From positions 1-63,907 of the forward strand of contig JAFGHM010000083.1 of assembly GCA_016930135.1 (NCBI GenBank): a stretch of 63,907 nucleotides of DNA, given 5' to 3'. The position numbers and the translations under genes are program-made. Of the stretch, positions 8,563 to 16,761 are shown in pieces; the stretch's first letter is position 1; every line of letters starts with the position of its first letter. This stretch comes from Thermoplasmatota archaeon. Lineage in GTDB: Archaea > Thermoplasmatota > Thermoplasmata > UBA10834. The notes beneath the pieces are model-generated. The model had not been told where the DNA came from and made no database searches. It was given only the letters and a program-made list of their open reading frames with translations.

Positions 8563-9354
8563 ATGCGCCCCTCCACCCTTGAAGAGCGCCAGCAGTTCTA
8601 CGGGCACGAGTTCGACGTCCGTTCGTTGAGGAGATGGATAGGCCCCAGGCACGGCAGGCTCAAGTTCGCCATGATTCTCGGGAGACACACCGGGATTGTT
8701 GTCCCAAGACACGCGGCGCACAAGAACGATGTAGTCGTGATTGACAAGTGGGACACTGCGTCTGACCTAAGGGACTATGCCTTGGACTATCTCCCCGAGG
8801 GTACGTACTATGACAGGAACAGGTACAGGGACGTGAGTAAGTGCGTCGAGTGCGGGGAGGATAGACGCGGATGCGCTGACTGCTACAACTACTGCGGTCA
8901 GCAGCTTGCTTTCGACCTTGACCCTGAGAACGTTGACTGTCCATGGCACGGACACATCGGCCAGAAGATCGACCGAGGGCGGAAGTTGTCCTTCTGCATG
9001 TATGAGTTCAATGTAGTCCGGAAGCAGGCTATGGAGCTCGCCTCGGAACTCAGGCGCGAATACGACCGAGTGGGGATGGTGTACTCCGGCCGCGGGTTCC
9101 ACGTGGTCGTCGACGACGAGCGGGCCTATGCCCTATCCAGGTCGGAGCGCAAGAAAGTCGCTCGCATCTTCGGGAGAAGATATGCAATCGATGAGTGGGT
9201 GACCGAAGGAGGCTCCCGTCTGCTCAGACTGCCATATTCGCTGAACGGTTTGGTCTCAAGGAAATGCGTGATAATAGAAGAAGAAAGAGATTTGGTGGAG
9301 TTTGATCCTCGGAGTTCAGACATGGTACTGCCAGGTTTCGTGCATTCACCTTGA
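8563..9354 (+). CDS. AEP-family DNA primase catalytic (small) subunit-like protein, compact form
   Basis: ORF 8428..9354, ATG at 8563. Primase motifs LAFDLD (I), VYSGRGFHVVV (II) and RLLRLPYSLNGLVSRK (III). A Cys cluster CVECGEDRRGCADCYNYC precedes motif I. Confidence 0.7.
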   Translation: MRPSTLEERQQFYGHEFDVRSLRRWIGPRHGRLKFAMILGRHTGIVVPRHAAHKNDVVVIDKWDTASDLRDYALDYLPEGTYYDRNRYRDVSKCVECGEDRRGCADCYNYCGQQLAFDLDPENVDCPWHGHIGQKIDRGRKLSFCMYEFNVVRKQAMELASELRREYDRVGMVYSGRGFHVVVDDERAYALSRSERKKVARIFGRRYAIDEWVTEGGSRLLRLPYSLNGLVSRKCVIIEEERDLVEFDPRSSDMVLPGFVHSP

Positions 9355-9444
9355 CTTGGCCGCACGGACCTCCTTGCCCATGTAGTATCCTCGCTTCTTA
9401 GCAGCCTTCCCGGCTTTCTTGGAAGTTTTCTTCTTTTTGGCCAT
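9346..9444 (-). CDS. possible 32-aa highly basic micro-protein
   Basis: Hand-translated codon by codon: MAKKKKTSKKAGKAAKKRGYYMGKEVRAAKSR. Its stop overlaps the 3' end of the convergent primase gene by 9 nt. Confidence 0.3.
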   Translation of the reverse strand: MAKKKKTSKKAGKAAKKRGYYMGKEVRAAKSR

Positions 9445-9484
9445 GTCAGAAACCTACCTGAAAACAGAGGAGCCCTCACACCTT

Positions 9485-9553
9485 CTACTTCTTCTTCTTC
9501 TTCTTGGCTTTCTTCTTTGTTGCCTTCTTCTTTGCCTTCTTTCCGCACGCCAT
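9485..9553 (-). CDS. possible 22-aa oligo-lysine micro-protein
   Basis: MACGKKAKKKATKKKAKKKKKK. GGAGG lies 7 nt upstream of the ATG (ggaggaaacataATG). It ends with an (AAG)6 run. Confidence 0.3.
   Translation of the reverse strand: MACGKKAKKKATKKKAKKKKKK
9488..9505. repeat. (CTT)6 / (AAG)6 trinucleotide microsatellite
   Basis: cttcttcttcttcttctt read directly. It encodes the poly-Lys tail of the micro-ORF on the minus strand. Confidence 0.9.
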
Positions 9554-9782
9554 TATGTTTCCTCCTATGTGCCAGATCGTGTGCGTCGACCCGGCCGGGC
9601 TTGATGCATCTTCCCCGTCAAGGAGCCGTTTCTGCTCAAGTTGCTGCTCCGAAGCAGACACATCTTTGCACATGTATGTTGTTTTGAACATAAGTGTCTT
9701 TTGATTCGCTTCTCACAATCGAGAACAACTGCTAGGCGGACATCGGATCGTCGCAAGGACGAGAACATGTTTCCTGAGCTTC

Positions 9783-10385
9783 GTGGAAAGACTTTATACG
9801 ACAGCTATCCATACATCAAGAGGACAAGGAGCGTTTCTTCAATTGGCCCCGGCTGAGGATACGAGAAAGCTCAAGATGTGCATGATAGGCGACGTCGGCG
9901 TAGGGAAGACGAGCCTGATCAGACGCTACGTGATGGATGTTTTTGACGACAAGTACATCGCGACCATAGGCACCAAGGTGACGAAGAAGGAGATAGAGGT
10001 CAAGGACCCGAGAACTGGCGTTCCGCAGAAGGTCATCCTGCTTGTCTGGGACATAATGGGTCAGCCGAGCTTTAGAGAGGTGCTCAGGGAGGCATACTTC
10101 TACGGCGTCGAGGGGTCCATCGCTGTGTGCGACGTCACCAGCAAGGAGAGCCTCGGCGAGCTGAGATACTGGATCAAGGCAATGACATCGACCACAGGGA
10201 AGGTCCCCATCGTATTCCTCGGCAACAAGTGCGACCTGAGAGAGGAGACCCGCGTGCCGTATCAGGATATCGAGATATTCGCGAGAAAGCACGATTCACC
10301 TGCGATGCTCAGCTCGGCTAAGACGGGTTACAACGTCGAGCAGGCGTTCTCGACGCTCGTCGAGATGATGCTGTTCCCCAAGTGA
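9783..10385 (+). CDS. Ras/Rab-like small GTPase
   Basis: G1 GDVGVGKTS, switch I YIATIGT, G3 WDIMGQ, G4 GNKCDL, G5 SSAKTG. The start is uncertain: GTG 9783, in-frame TTG 9843 or ATG 9876. A TATA-like ctttatac lies at 9791. There is no C-terminal Cys prenylation motif. Confidence 0.85.
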   Translation: MERLYTTAIHTSRGQGAFLQLAPAEDTRKLKMCMIGDVGVGKTSLIRRYVMDVFDDKYIATIGTKVTKKEIEVKDPRTGVPQKVILLVWDIMGQPSFREVLREAYFYGVEGSIAVCDVTSKESLGELRYWIKAMTSTTGKVPIVFLGNKCDLREETRVPYQDIEIFARKHDSPAMLSSAKTGYNVEQAFSTLVEMMLFPK

Positions 10386-10450
10386 CCTTCCGGTGAGAAG
10401 GGTGAAGCATAATATCCGCGATAGACCATCCCACCGACTAGGGGGTTCCA

Positions 10451-12019
10451 TTGGATTCTAGGTGCGCCGACGCCATCTTCTACAATGGGGACATATACAC
10501 GATGGACAGGGAGCGCCCTCTCGTGCGTGCGTTGGCCGTGTCCGATGGCAGGATTGTCGGGCTTGGAGGCATGGACGAGATCAAGCGTGTTGCGCCGAGA
10601 GGATGCGAGCGGCACGATCTCGGCGGCAAGGTCGTGCTTCCCGGTTTCATCGACTGTCACACGCACTTCCTGCAGATGGGGCTTGATTCGATGGGTGTTG
10701 ACCTCTCTCAGGCCAGGTCTCGGGATGAGGCGCTTGGGGCGATGCGAGCGGCTTCGCAGAAGACGCCCGAGGGCGAATGGATAGTCGCCACCAGCTGGAA
10801 GGAGAGCGGCTGGGAAGACGCCAGATTCATCACCCGCAAGGACCTGGACGAATGCTGCCCGAGGCACCCGTCGGTTGCCCACAGGGTCTGCGGCCACTTG
10901 TCCTCTGTCAACACTCTCGCGATCAAGGAGCTCGGCATAGACGGGAGGACGCCTGAGGTCGATGTTGACTCCTCAGGGAATCTGACGGGGATACTCAGGG
11001 AGAGCGCAGTGGTCATAGCGAGGGATGCGACCGCGCCAACGAGGGCGAAGAGGATGAAAGGCCTCGCACTGGCGGTGAAGAAGGCCCACTCGTTGGGGGT
11101 CACTTCCGTCCAAGACAATGGACAGAGTGAGGACTTCGGGATATACAGGGAGGCTGAGGCCGCAGGAAGGCTTAAGATACGCATCTGGTTCAACATGCCG
11201 GTCAAGGATCTCGACCACGTCTCTGCGCTTTCGATCACACCCGGCATCGGTTCGGAGTGGCTTCGCCTGGGCGGCCTGAAGATGTTCTGCGATGGTGCCC
11301 TGGGAGCAAGGTCGGCAGCAGTCTCAGAAGCCTATGCAGACGACCCTGGCAACATAGGCATGTTCGTCTACGATGAGAGGGAGTTCGGAGACATAGTGAG
11401 CAGAGCGAACGAAAGGGGGCTGCAGCTTGCGATACATGCGATCGGGGACAAGGGGATCGGACGAACCATAGCTGCATTGGACATGGCCCTCCATCAGTAT
11501 CCAAGGAAGGACCACAGGCATCGTATTGAACATCTTGAACTGCCAAGCCGGTCACATCTGTCGATGATGAGGAAGCTCAGGGTCATAGCGTCTATGCAGC
11601 CCAACTTCGTTGGCGAGTGGGGCGGCACGAACGGGATGTATCTCTCGAGGCTCGGACCTGAGAGGACCGCCAGGAACAACCCCTTCAAGGAGGTGCTGCG
11701 CGCGAGGGTCAGGATGGTCTTCGGCTCCGACTGCATGCCGATGTCTCCTGTGTACGGGATCACGTCTGCGGTGAACGCCCCCTATGCATCGCAGAAGATC
11801 AGCGTCGAGGAGGCGGTCTGTGCATACACGCGCGACGCGGCCTTCGCCTCGTTCGAGGAGAGCTTGAAGGGCACGATATCAGAGGGCAAGCTGGCTGACT
11901 TCTTGGTGCTCTCCGAAGATCCGTTCGGGAATCCTGTGAGGCTGTCCCACGCGAAAGTGCTCAAGACGGTCGTTGGTGGTAAGATGATGTACGAAAGGAA
12001 TGTGGTCAATGGAGGTTGA
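10451..12019 (+). CDS. metal-dependent amidohydrolase, YtcJ-like (Amidohydro_3)
   Basis: 522 aa. N-terminus ADAIFYNGDIYTMD and PGFIDCHTHF; later HAIGD and HRIEH metal-ligand motifs. Confidence 0.85.
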   Translation: MDSRCADAIFYNGDIYTMDRERPLVRALAVSDGRIVGLGGMDEIKRVAPRGCERHDLGGKVVLPGFIDCHTHFLQMGLDSMGVDLSQARSRDEALGAMRAASQKTPEGEWIVATSWKESGWEDARFITRKDLDECCPRHPSVAHRVCGHLSSVNTLAIKELGIDGRTPEVDVDSSGNLTGILRESAVVIARDATAPTRAKRMKGLALAVKKAHSLGVTSVQDNGQSEDFGIYREAEAAGRLKIRIWFNMPVKDLDHVSALSITPGIGSEWLRLGGLKMFCDGALGARSAAVSEAYADDPGNIGMFVYDEREFGDIVSRANERGLQLAIHAIGDKGIGRTIAALDMALHQYPRKDHRHRIEHLELPSRSHLSMMRKLRVIASMQPNFVGEWGGTNGMYLSRLGPERTARNNPFKEVLRARVRMVFGSDCMPMSPVYGITSAVNAPYASQKISVEEAVCAYTRDAAFASFEESLKGTISEGKLADFLVLSEDPFGNPVRLSHAKVLKTVVGGKMMYERNVVNGG

Positions 12020-12023
12020 TTGA

Positions 12024-12413
12024 ATGGTGTCAACAGCGAAGGTCGTGTACACTCCGGAAGCGCCGAAACCGATAGGTCCCTATTCCCAGGCCGTCGTGGC
12101 TGGGAACTTCGTCTTCTGTTCCGGTCAGCTGGGGTTGGACCCTGTCACGGGCGAGATCTCGGGAAAGACACCTACAGAGCAGGTGGAGCGCGCCATCCTG
12201 AACCTTAAGGCGGTCCTCCTGCGCGCGGGTAGCGAGCTCTCGCACGTTGTCAAGGTCACCCTCTACCTCAGGGACATGAGGGACTTCGCGGAAGTGAACG
12301 AGGTCTATTCGCGGCATTTCATCGAGATGAAGCCCGCGAGGACTACGGTAGAGGTGTCACAGCTACCCAAGGGCGCTCTGGTGGAGATCGACGCGATAGC
12401 CGAAGTGGGCTGA
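12024..12413 (+). CDS. ridA: RidA/YjgF-family reactive-intermediate deaminase
   Basis: 129 aa. PKPIGPYSQAV..GQLGLDP..TVEVSQLPKGALVEIDAIA. GGAGG lies upstream, and the gene starts 4 nt after the amidohydrolase stop. Confidence 0.9.
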   Translation: MVSTAKVVYTPEAPKPIGPYSQAVVAGNFVFCSGQLGLDPVTGEISGKTPTEQVERAILNLKAVLLRAGSELSHVVKVTLYLRDMRDFAEVNEVYSRHFIEMKPARTTVEVSQLPKGALVEIDAIAEVG

Positions 12414-12487
12414 GGGCAGGCATTCCGAGATTCCGTCGAAAGATTCTATATGCTTCAGCCCTTTGGTGATTGCGGAGCTTGAGGGGC

Positions 12488-13243
12488 ATGTTCGAGATCC
12501 AGCTCGTAGAAGACGCAGAAGCGGCAGGAGGCTCTCTCATCACTGCACTCCCGAGCGTGGGAATGGTCAGCACCATAGCCGGCAGCTTCATCGCGGAGTC
12601 GCTGAAGATGGAGAGGATTGCCTACGTCCTTTCGGAAGACGTCCCGCCCGCAGCGCTGGTGCAGGAAGGGGTCCCAGGCTATCCTCTGAGGGTGCTCGGC
12701 CACAAGCACCTCTCCATGCTTACCTCTGAGTTCCAGATACCGATGACGATGGCATCCAGCCTTGCCAAGACGGTCCTCTCCTGGGCAGGTTCCCACGGCT
12801 ACGACACCATCGTAGGTCTCGAGGGCCTGATGTCAGGTCAGGAGCCTTCAGAGGAACCGGAGAAGGAGCTGCGCGTCCTCGGGGTCGGCTCGACCCAGGC
12901 AGCAAGGGACAGGATATCGAAGGCGGGCATCGAGCAGTTCAAGGTCGGCATGATCACCGGCGTCTCAGGAGCACTGCTGAGCGAGGGGGAAAGGACCGGT
13001 GTGAATGTGATCTGCCTGCTCGTCGAGGCAAACGCCATGTACCCCGACGCCAGAGGAGCTGCCAAACTGGTAGAGTCGGTTTCCAGACTCCTCCCAGAAG
13101 TCCAAGTCGATCTCAAGGAGCTCTACAAAGAGGCGCAGATGATTGAGAAGAATGTCAAGGCCACGGTCGAGCGCACGAAGGAGATGCTCGCAGCGAGACA
13201 GAGTCAGGCAGACCGCCTGGGGAAGTCGTACATGTATGGCTGA
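12488..13243 (+). CDS. PAC2-family proteasome assembly chaperone (PbaA/B-like, COG1938)
   Basis: ORF 12470..13243, ATG at 12488. ITALPSVGMVSTIAGSFIAESL..VPP N-terminal pattern and a C-terminal coiled tail ending in YG. Confidence 0.7.
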   Translation: MFEIQLVEDAEAAGGSLITALPSVGMVSTIAGSFIAESLKMERIAYVLSEDVPPAALVQEGVPGYPLRVLGHKHLSMLTSEFQIPMTMASSLAKTVLSWAGSHGYDTIVGLEGLMSGQEPSEEPEKELRVLGVGSTQAARDRISKAGIEQFKVGMITGVSGALLSEGERTGVNVICLLVEANAMYPDARGAAKLVESVSRLLPEVQVDLKELYKEAQMIEKNVKATVERTKEMLAARQSQADRLGKSYMYG

Positions 13244-13691
13244 TGAGATCACTAGGGCAAGGAAGCTGAGGGAATTGGTGGAGGAGTCCCGTTTCTGGGA
13301 CGCTTCAGATCTAATGCGCAACTTCGACGAGGAGTTCCACAGGATCGAGATGGGCATGGGGCACACTGCCTGGGACTCGATGTACCGGCCGATTTCCATA
13401 TGTGTCAGGCCGCTCCCAACGGTGCCGAGGTTCGAGACCTCAGAAACGAAGGACGAGATCAGCCTGAGGGTGGTCCTGCCGGGTGTCCCTCCGGGGAACG
13501 TCCACATCGATGTGGACAGGCGGAGCATCGAGGTGTCGGCATGCTCAGACGACCTGATCTGCAAGCCTTACTACGTCAGCGTGGAATCCCATAACACCTT
13601 GGACCCCGACTCTGTGGAAGCGAAGCAGGAAGGTCGGTGGCTCGTGATCAGGGTGAGAAAGGTCAAGAAGCGCAGGGTCGAGATTCGCTAG
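13236..13691 (+). CDS. Hsp20/alpha-crystallin small heat-shock protein
   Basis: ORF 13143..13691. The ATG at 13236 overlaps the PAC2 stop (ATGGCTGA). Alpha-crystallin domain EISLRVVLPGVPPGNVHIDVDRRSIEVSA. Confidence 0.8.
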   Translation: MADEITRARKLRELVEESRFWDASDLMRNFDEEFHRIEMGMGHTAWDSMYRPISICVRPLPTVPRFETSETKDEISLRVVLPGVPPGNVHIDVDRRSIEVSACSDDLICKPYYVSVESHNTLDPDSVEAKQEGRWLVIRVRKVKKRRVEIR

Positions 13692-13863
13692 CGTTTCTGC
13701 TCTCGGAGTCCCTGTCACGCGCGATCCGATACTCGTGGTCGTTTTCGTCCGATGCCATGTTCAGCGAAGGTTTAAGTAGAATGTGACTGTACGGACCTAC
13801 GCACAGTCCGAGACGAAGGTTTTGCGCAAGTCAGAAGGATTGTCAGACTAGGAGGTGCAGGAA

Positions 13864-15051
13864 ATGAGTATATTGGTTCTCGGTGCATCAGGTCAGATAG
13901 GTGCCTACACTGTCCAGGACCTCATCGAGTTCGGCGGTGAGAAGGACGTCATAGTTTCGAGCCGGAAGATGGCCAACGTGAAGAGGGCGATGGACGATCT
14001 CAAGCTCACAGAGAGGACGAAGCTGATGGAGCTGGACGCGAACAACGGTTCCAAGGTCCTCGAGACCATCAGAAATGAGAAGGTCGAATCGGTAGTCAAC
14101 TGCGCTTGGTACCAGACTAACCTGGGCGTCATGGACGCCTGCCTCAAGGGCGGTGCAACATACACTGACCTGGGAGGGTTCTTCGACACGTGCCTCAAGC
14201 AGATCGAGCTTCACAACAAGTGGAAGGATGCAGGCATCAACGCGACGATAGGTCTGGGGAGCACGCCCGGAATGACCAACGTCGCGGGTGCCGCCGGTGC
14301 GAAGCGCCTCGACCAGGTCGACAGCATAGACATCGTGTGCGCCTGGGGCAACACGCTGCCCGTCCAGGAGGCCGGCTGGCCGGGGTATTCGATCAGGACG
14401 GTCCTTGACGAGTTCACTCAGGAGTCGGTCCAGTGGCTCGGGGGGAAGTACGCAAAGCAGAAGATACTCGGGGGCGAGGCAGATGTCCTCATGCCCGACC
14501 CAATCGGCAAGATCAAGGCCTATTTCATAAAGCACTCGGAGCCTGCCACGATGGGCAAGTACCTGAATGCGAAGAACGTCACCTTCAGGATAGGGTTCCC
14601 GAAGACTGACATGAACACCTTCCTGACGCTCAGGTCTCTCGGGTTCGCCGACACGAACCCACTCGAGGTCGGAGGGGCGAAGGTGTCCCCACTCGACTAC
14701 CTCACTGCGATGTACCAGAAGGGGATCGCGGAGGGGAGGAGCTCTCCGCCAAAGGAGAAGTTCGAGTACGACATGTTCAGGGTCGACTGCGCTGGCAAGA
14801 AGGACGGGATGCCGAAGATGGTCACGTACTTCATAGTTACCTGGAACGACCCCGATAGGGGAGTGTCCTCTGCGAGAGACACGTCGGTCCCGCCATCGAT
14901 AGTCGCGCACTGGCAGCACACCAAGCGGATCAAGGAGCCAGGAGTCTTCCCGGCAGAGGCCACTGTCGAGCCAGAGGCCTTCTTCAAGGAGCTGGGGAAG
15001 CGGAAGATACTCGTCGACGAGCAGACTACCACCACGACGAAGTACTACTGA
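13864..15051 (+). CDS. saccharopine dehydrogenase-like NAD(P)-binding oxidoreductase
   Basis: ATG at 13864 is preceded by GGAGGTG. Rossmann motif ILVLGASGQIG; GLGSTPGMTN. Confidence 0.8.
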   Translation: MSILVLGASGQIGAYTVQDLIEFGGEKDVIVSSRKMANVKRAMDDLKLTERTKLMELDANNGSKVLETIRNEKVESVVNCAWYQTNLGVMDACLKGGATYTDLGGFFDTCLKQIELHNKWKDAGINATIGLGSTPGMTNVAGAAGAKRLDQVDSIDIVCAWGNTLPVQEAGWPGYSIRTVLDEFTQESVQWLGGKYAKQKILGGEADVLMPDPIGKIKAYFIKHSEPATMGKYLNAKNVTFRIGFPKTDMNTFLTLRSLGFADTNPLEVGGAKVSPLDYLTAMYQKGIAEGRSSPPKEKFEYDMFRVDCAGKKDGMPKMVTYFIVTWNDPDRGVSSARDTSVPPSIVAHWQHTKRIKEPGVFPAEATVEPEAFFKELGKRKILVDEQTTTTTKYY

Positions 15052-15126
15052 GAGCGGTCCCCCAAACACTGAAGGAAGGGGCCCTTGCCTCTTCCCGAGG
15101 CATCTCTTTCCCCGTTATCCGAAGGA

Positions 15127-16761
15127 CTACTCCGCCTCCTCCTCCGGCAGGAGCTCGAGCATGCGCGCAATCGCCACAGTGAAGTCCTCTAGCTTCACGT
15201 CAACCATTGACGGGTCCACGGGAACCTTGTCCTGGATGGCGCACTTCATGTGTATCTGACACTTCGGGCAGAACATCAGCAGCCTCTGCGCTCCGACCTT
15301 CTTCGCCTCCATGACCCTATCCACCTGCATCTTCTTCGAGTTCGCGTTGCAGTTAGTCCACGCGCTCACTCCGCAGCAGACGGCCTTGTCCCTCGTGTTC
15401 TCCATCTCCACGAACTTGGCGCCCGTGAACGCCTTTGCCAGCTCCCTAGGGGAATCGTACACTCCGGAGTGTCTCCCGAGCCTGCACGAGTCATGGTACG
15501 AGAACGTGAACTCGTCCTTCGCCCTGTCGTCCAGCTTCAGAACGCCTGAGTCCATGAGCTCCTTGATGTAGTCGGATATGTGGACCAGTTCGAACTCGAA
15601 ATCACCCATGAGGTCCTGATAGTCGGCCCTGAACGTGCGGTAGCACTCAGGACATGTGAAAACCACCTTCTTCGCTCCGGACTTCTTGACGAGCTCGACG
15701 TTGTGCTCCATCAGCTTCTCGAAGCTCTCCTCGTCCCCTGTCCAGTTCAGGTCGTGGCCGCAGCACTTCTCCTCGTTGCTGACCACTGGGACCACGCCCG
15801 CCTCGTTCATTATCCTCACAGCGCTCTCGCAGATCTCCTGCAGCCGGAGGTCCTTGCTCTCGTAGAATATCGCATCGTAATGTGGCAGGCACCCGACGAA
15901 GTAGAACACATCGCCCTTGTCGGCGACCTTCATGTCCTTCTTCACCCAGTCCAGACGTCTCTGCTTCAGGTTCCCCTTGGCCATGATCCGTTGGACTGCA
16001 TGTATGAGCCCTCCCTGGGAACAGCTGGGTGCGGCTCCGAACTCCGAGGCCTCCTCTCTCATCCCCCTTATGAAGCCAGAGTAGTCCACCTTGTAGGGGC
16101 ACATGGCATTGCACTGCTCGCATGTGATGCAGGTCCATATGTCCCTGTCATTGGCTATGTTGTCGACTATGCCCTCCATGGCTCTCAGCACTATCGTCCT
16201 GGGCGCGAAGCTGTTGTCGAACGTTGCTATGGGACAGACGGTCGTGCACTTCCCGCACTCGACGCAATCGAAAGCGCCCGTGTCCTCGATCAGCTGCTTC
16301 ACCGAGGCCACGGTCTGTTCCTTGGTCCTCTCCTTCTTGACCTTCTTGGCGAGCTCGAGCGGCAGCGGACCGAGGGCTCTGACCTCTTCGACGAACTCCG
16401 TGACGGTCTTCGCGAACTTGGTCCTCTCCGAGGCGTTGATCCACTCGGTCCTGAGTCGCCTTGAGTCCAAACCGACTATGTCGAAGAGCTTCTTGAGTGC
16501 ATCCACCCTCTCCTGGGCCTTCTTGTTGCCCGAGACATAGTGGCAGTCATCCATCAGACACCCGATGACGATCACGCCGTCCGCGCCGTTCTCGAAGGCA
16601 TCCATTATCACAGCGGACTCGACGCTACCGCTGCACATCACGCGGACTATCCTGATGTTCGGCGGGTATTCGATCTTGTTCACGCCTGCCAGGCTGGCTG
16701 AGGGATAGCCGCACCACGTGCACGTGAACGCGATGATCTTCGGCTCGAACCTCTCAGACAT
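15127..16761 (-). CDS. MvhD(FlpD)-HdrC-HdrB triple-fusion iron-sulfur protein
   Basis: N-terminus IIAFTCTWCGYPSASLAG..RVMCSGSV..GADGVIVIGC..DCHY (MvhD/FlpD). Two ferredoxin motifs CVECGKCTTVCP and CITCEQCNAMCP (HdrC). Two CCG-domain signatures EEKCCGHD and AVCCGVS (HdrB). The ATG at 16761 overlaps the hdrA stop by 8 nt. Confidence 0.85.
   Translation of the reverse strand: MSERFEPKIIAFTCTWCGYPSASLAGVNKIEYPPNIRIVRVMCSGSVESAVIMDAFENGADGVIVIGCLMDDCHYVSGNKKAQERVDALKKLFDIVGLDSRRLRTEWINASERTKFAKTVTEFVEEVRALGPLPLELAKKVKKERTKEQTVASVKQLIEDTGAFDCVECGKCTTVCPIATFDNSFAPRTIVLRAMEGIVDNIANDRDIWTCITCEQCNAMCPYKVDYSGFIRGMREEASEFGAAPSCSQGGLIHAVQRIMAKGNLKQRRLDWVKKDMKVADKGDVFYFVGCLPHYDAIFYESKDLRLQEICESAVRIMNEAGVVPVVSNEEKCCGHDLNWTGDEESFEKLMEHNVELVKKSGAKKVVFTCPECYRTFRADYQDLMGDFEFELVHISDYIKELMDSGVLKLDDRAKDEFTFSYHDSCRLGRHSGVYDSPRELAKAFTGAKFVEMENTRDKAVCCGVSAWTNCNANSKKMQVDRVMEAKKVGAQRLLMFCPKCQIHMKCAIQDKVPVDPSMVDVKLEDFTVAIARMLELLPEEEAE

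Noticed and set aside
9488-9505. The (CTT)6 run, and repeated motifs elsewhere, considered as possible CRISPR or tandem-repeat arrays.
   Set aside because: It is a simple trinucleotide microsatellite. No repeat-spacer periodicity of 25-40 nt units was seen anywhere in the window.
9126-9548. 140-aa Glu/Lys/Ser-rich ORF on the minus strand.
   Set aside because: Most of it is antisense to the well-supported primase gene. Only the short lysine-rich frames outside the primase gene were kept as low-confidence micro-ORFs.
13888-15069. 393-aa ORF antisense to the saccharopine-dehydrogenase-like gene. Similar long antisense ORFs occur at 4862..5978, 15580..16464, 17795..18754, 29872..30780, 40430..41509 and 52711..53775.
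   Set aside because: Each is the mirror frame of a gene with clear family motifs. Their translations are Arg/Pro/His/Asp-rich low-complexity sequence, typical of antisense frames in GC-rich DNA.
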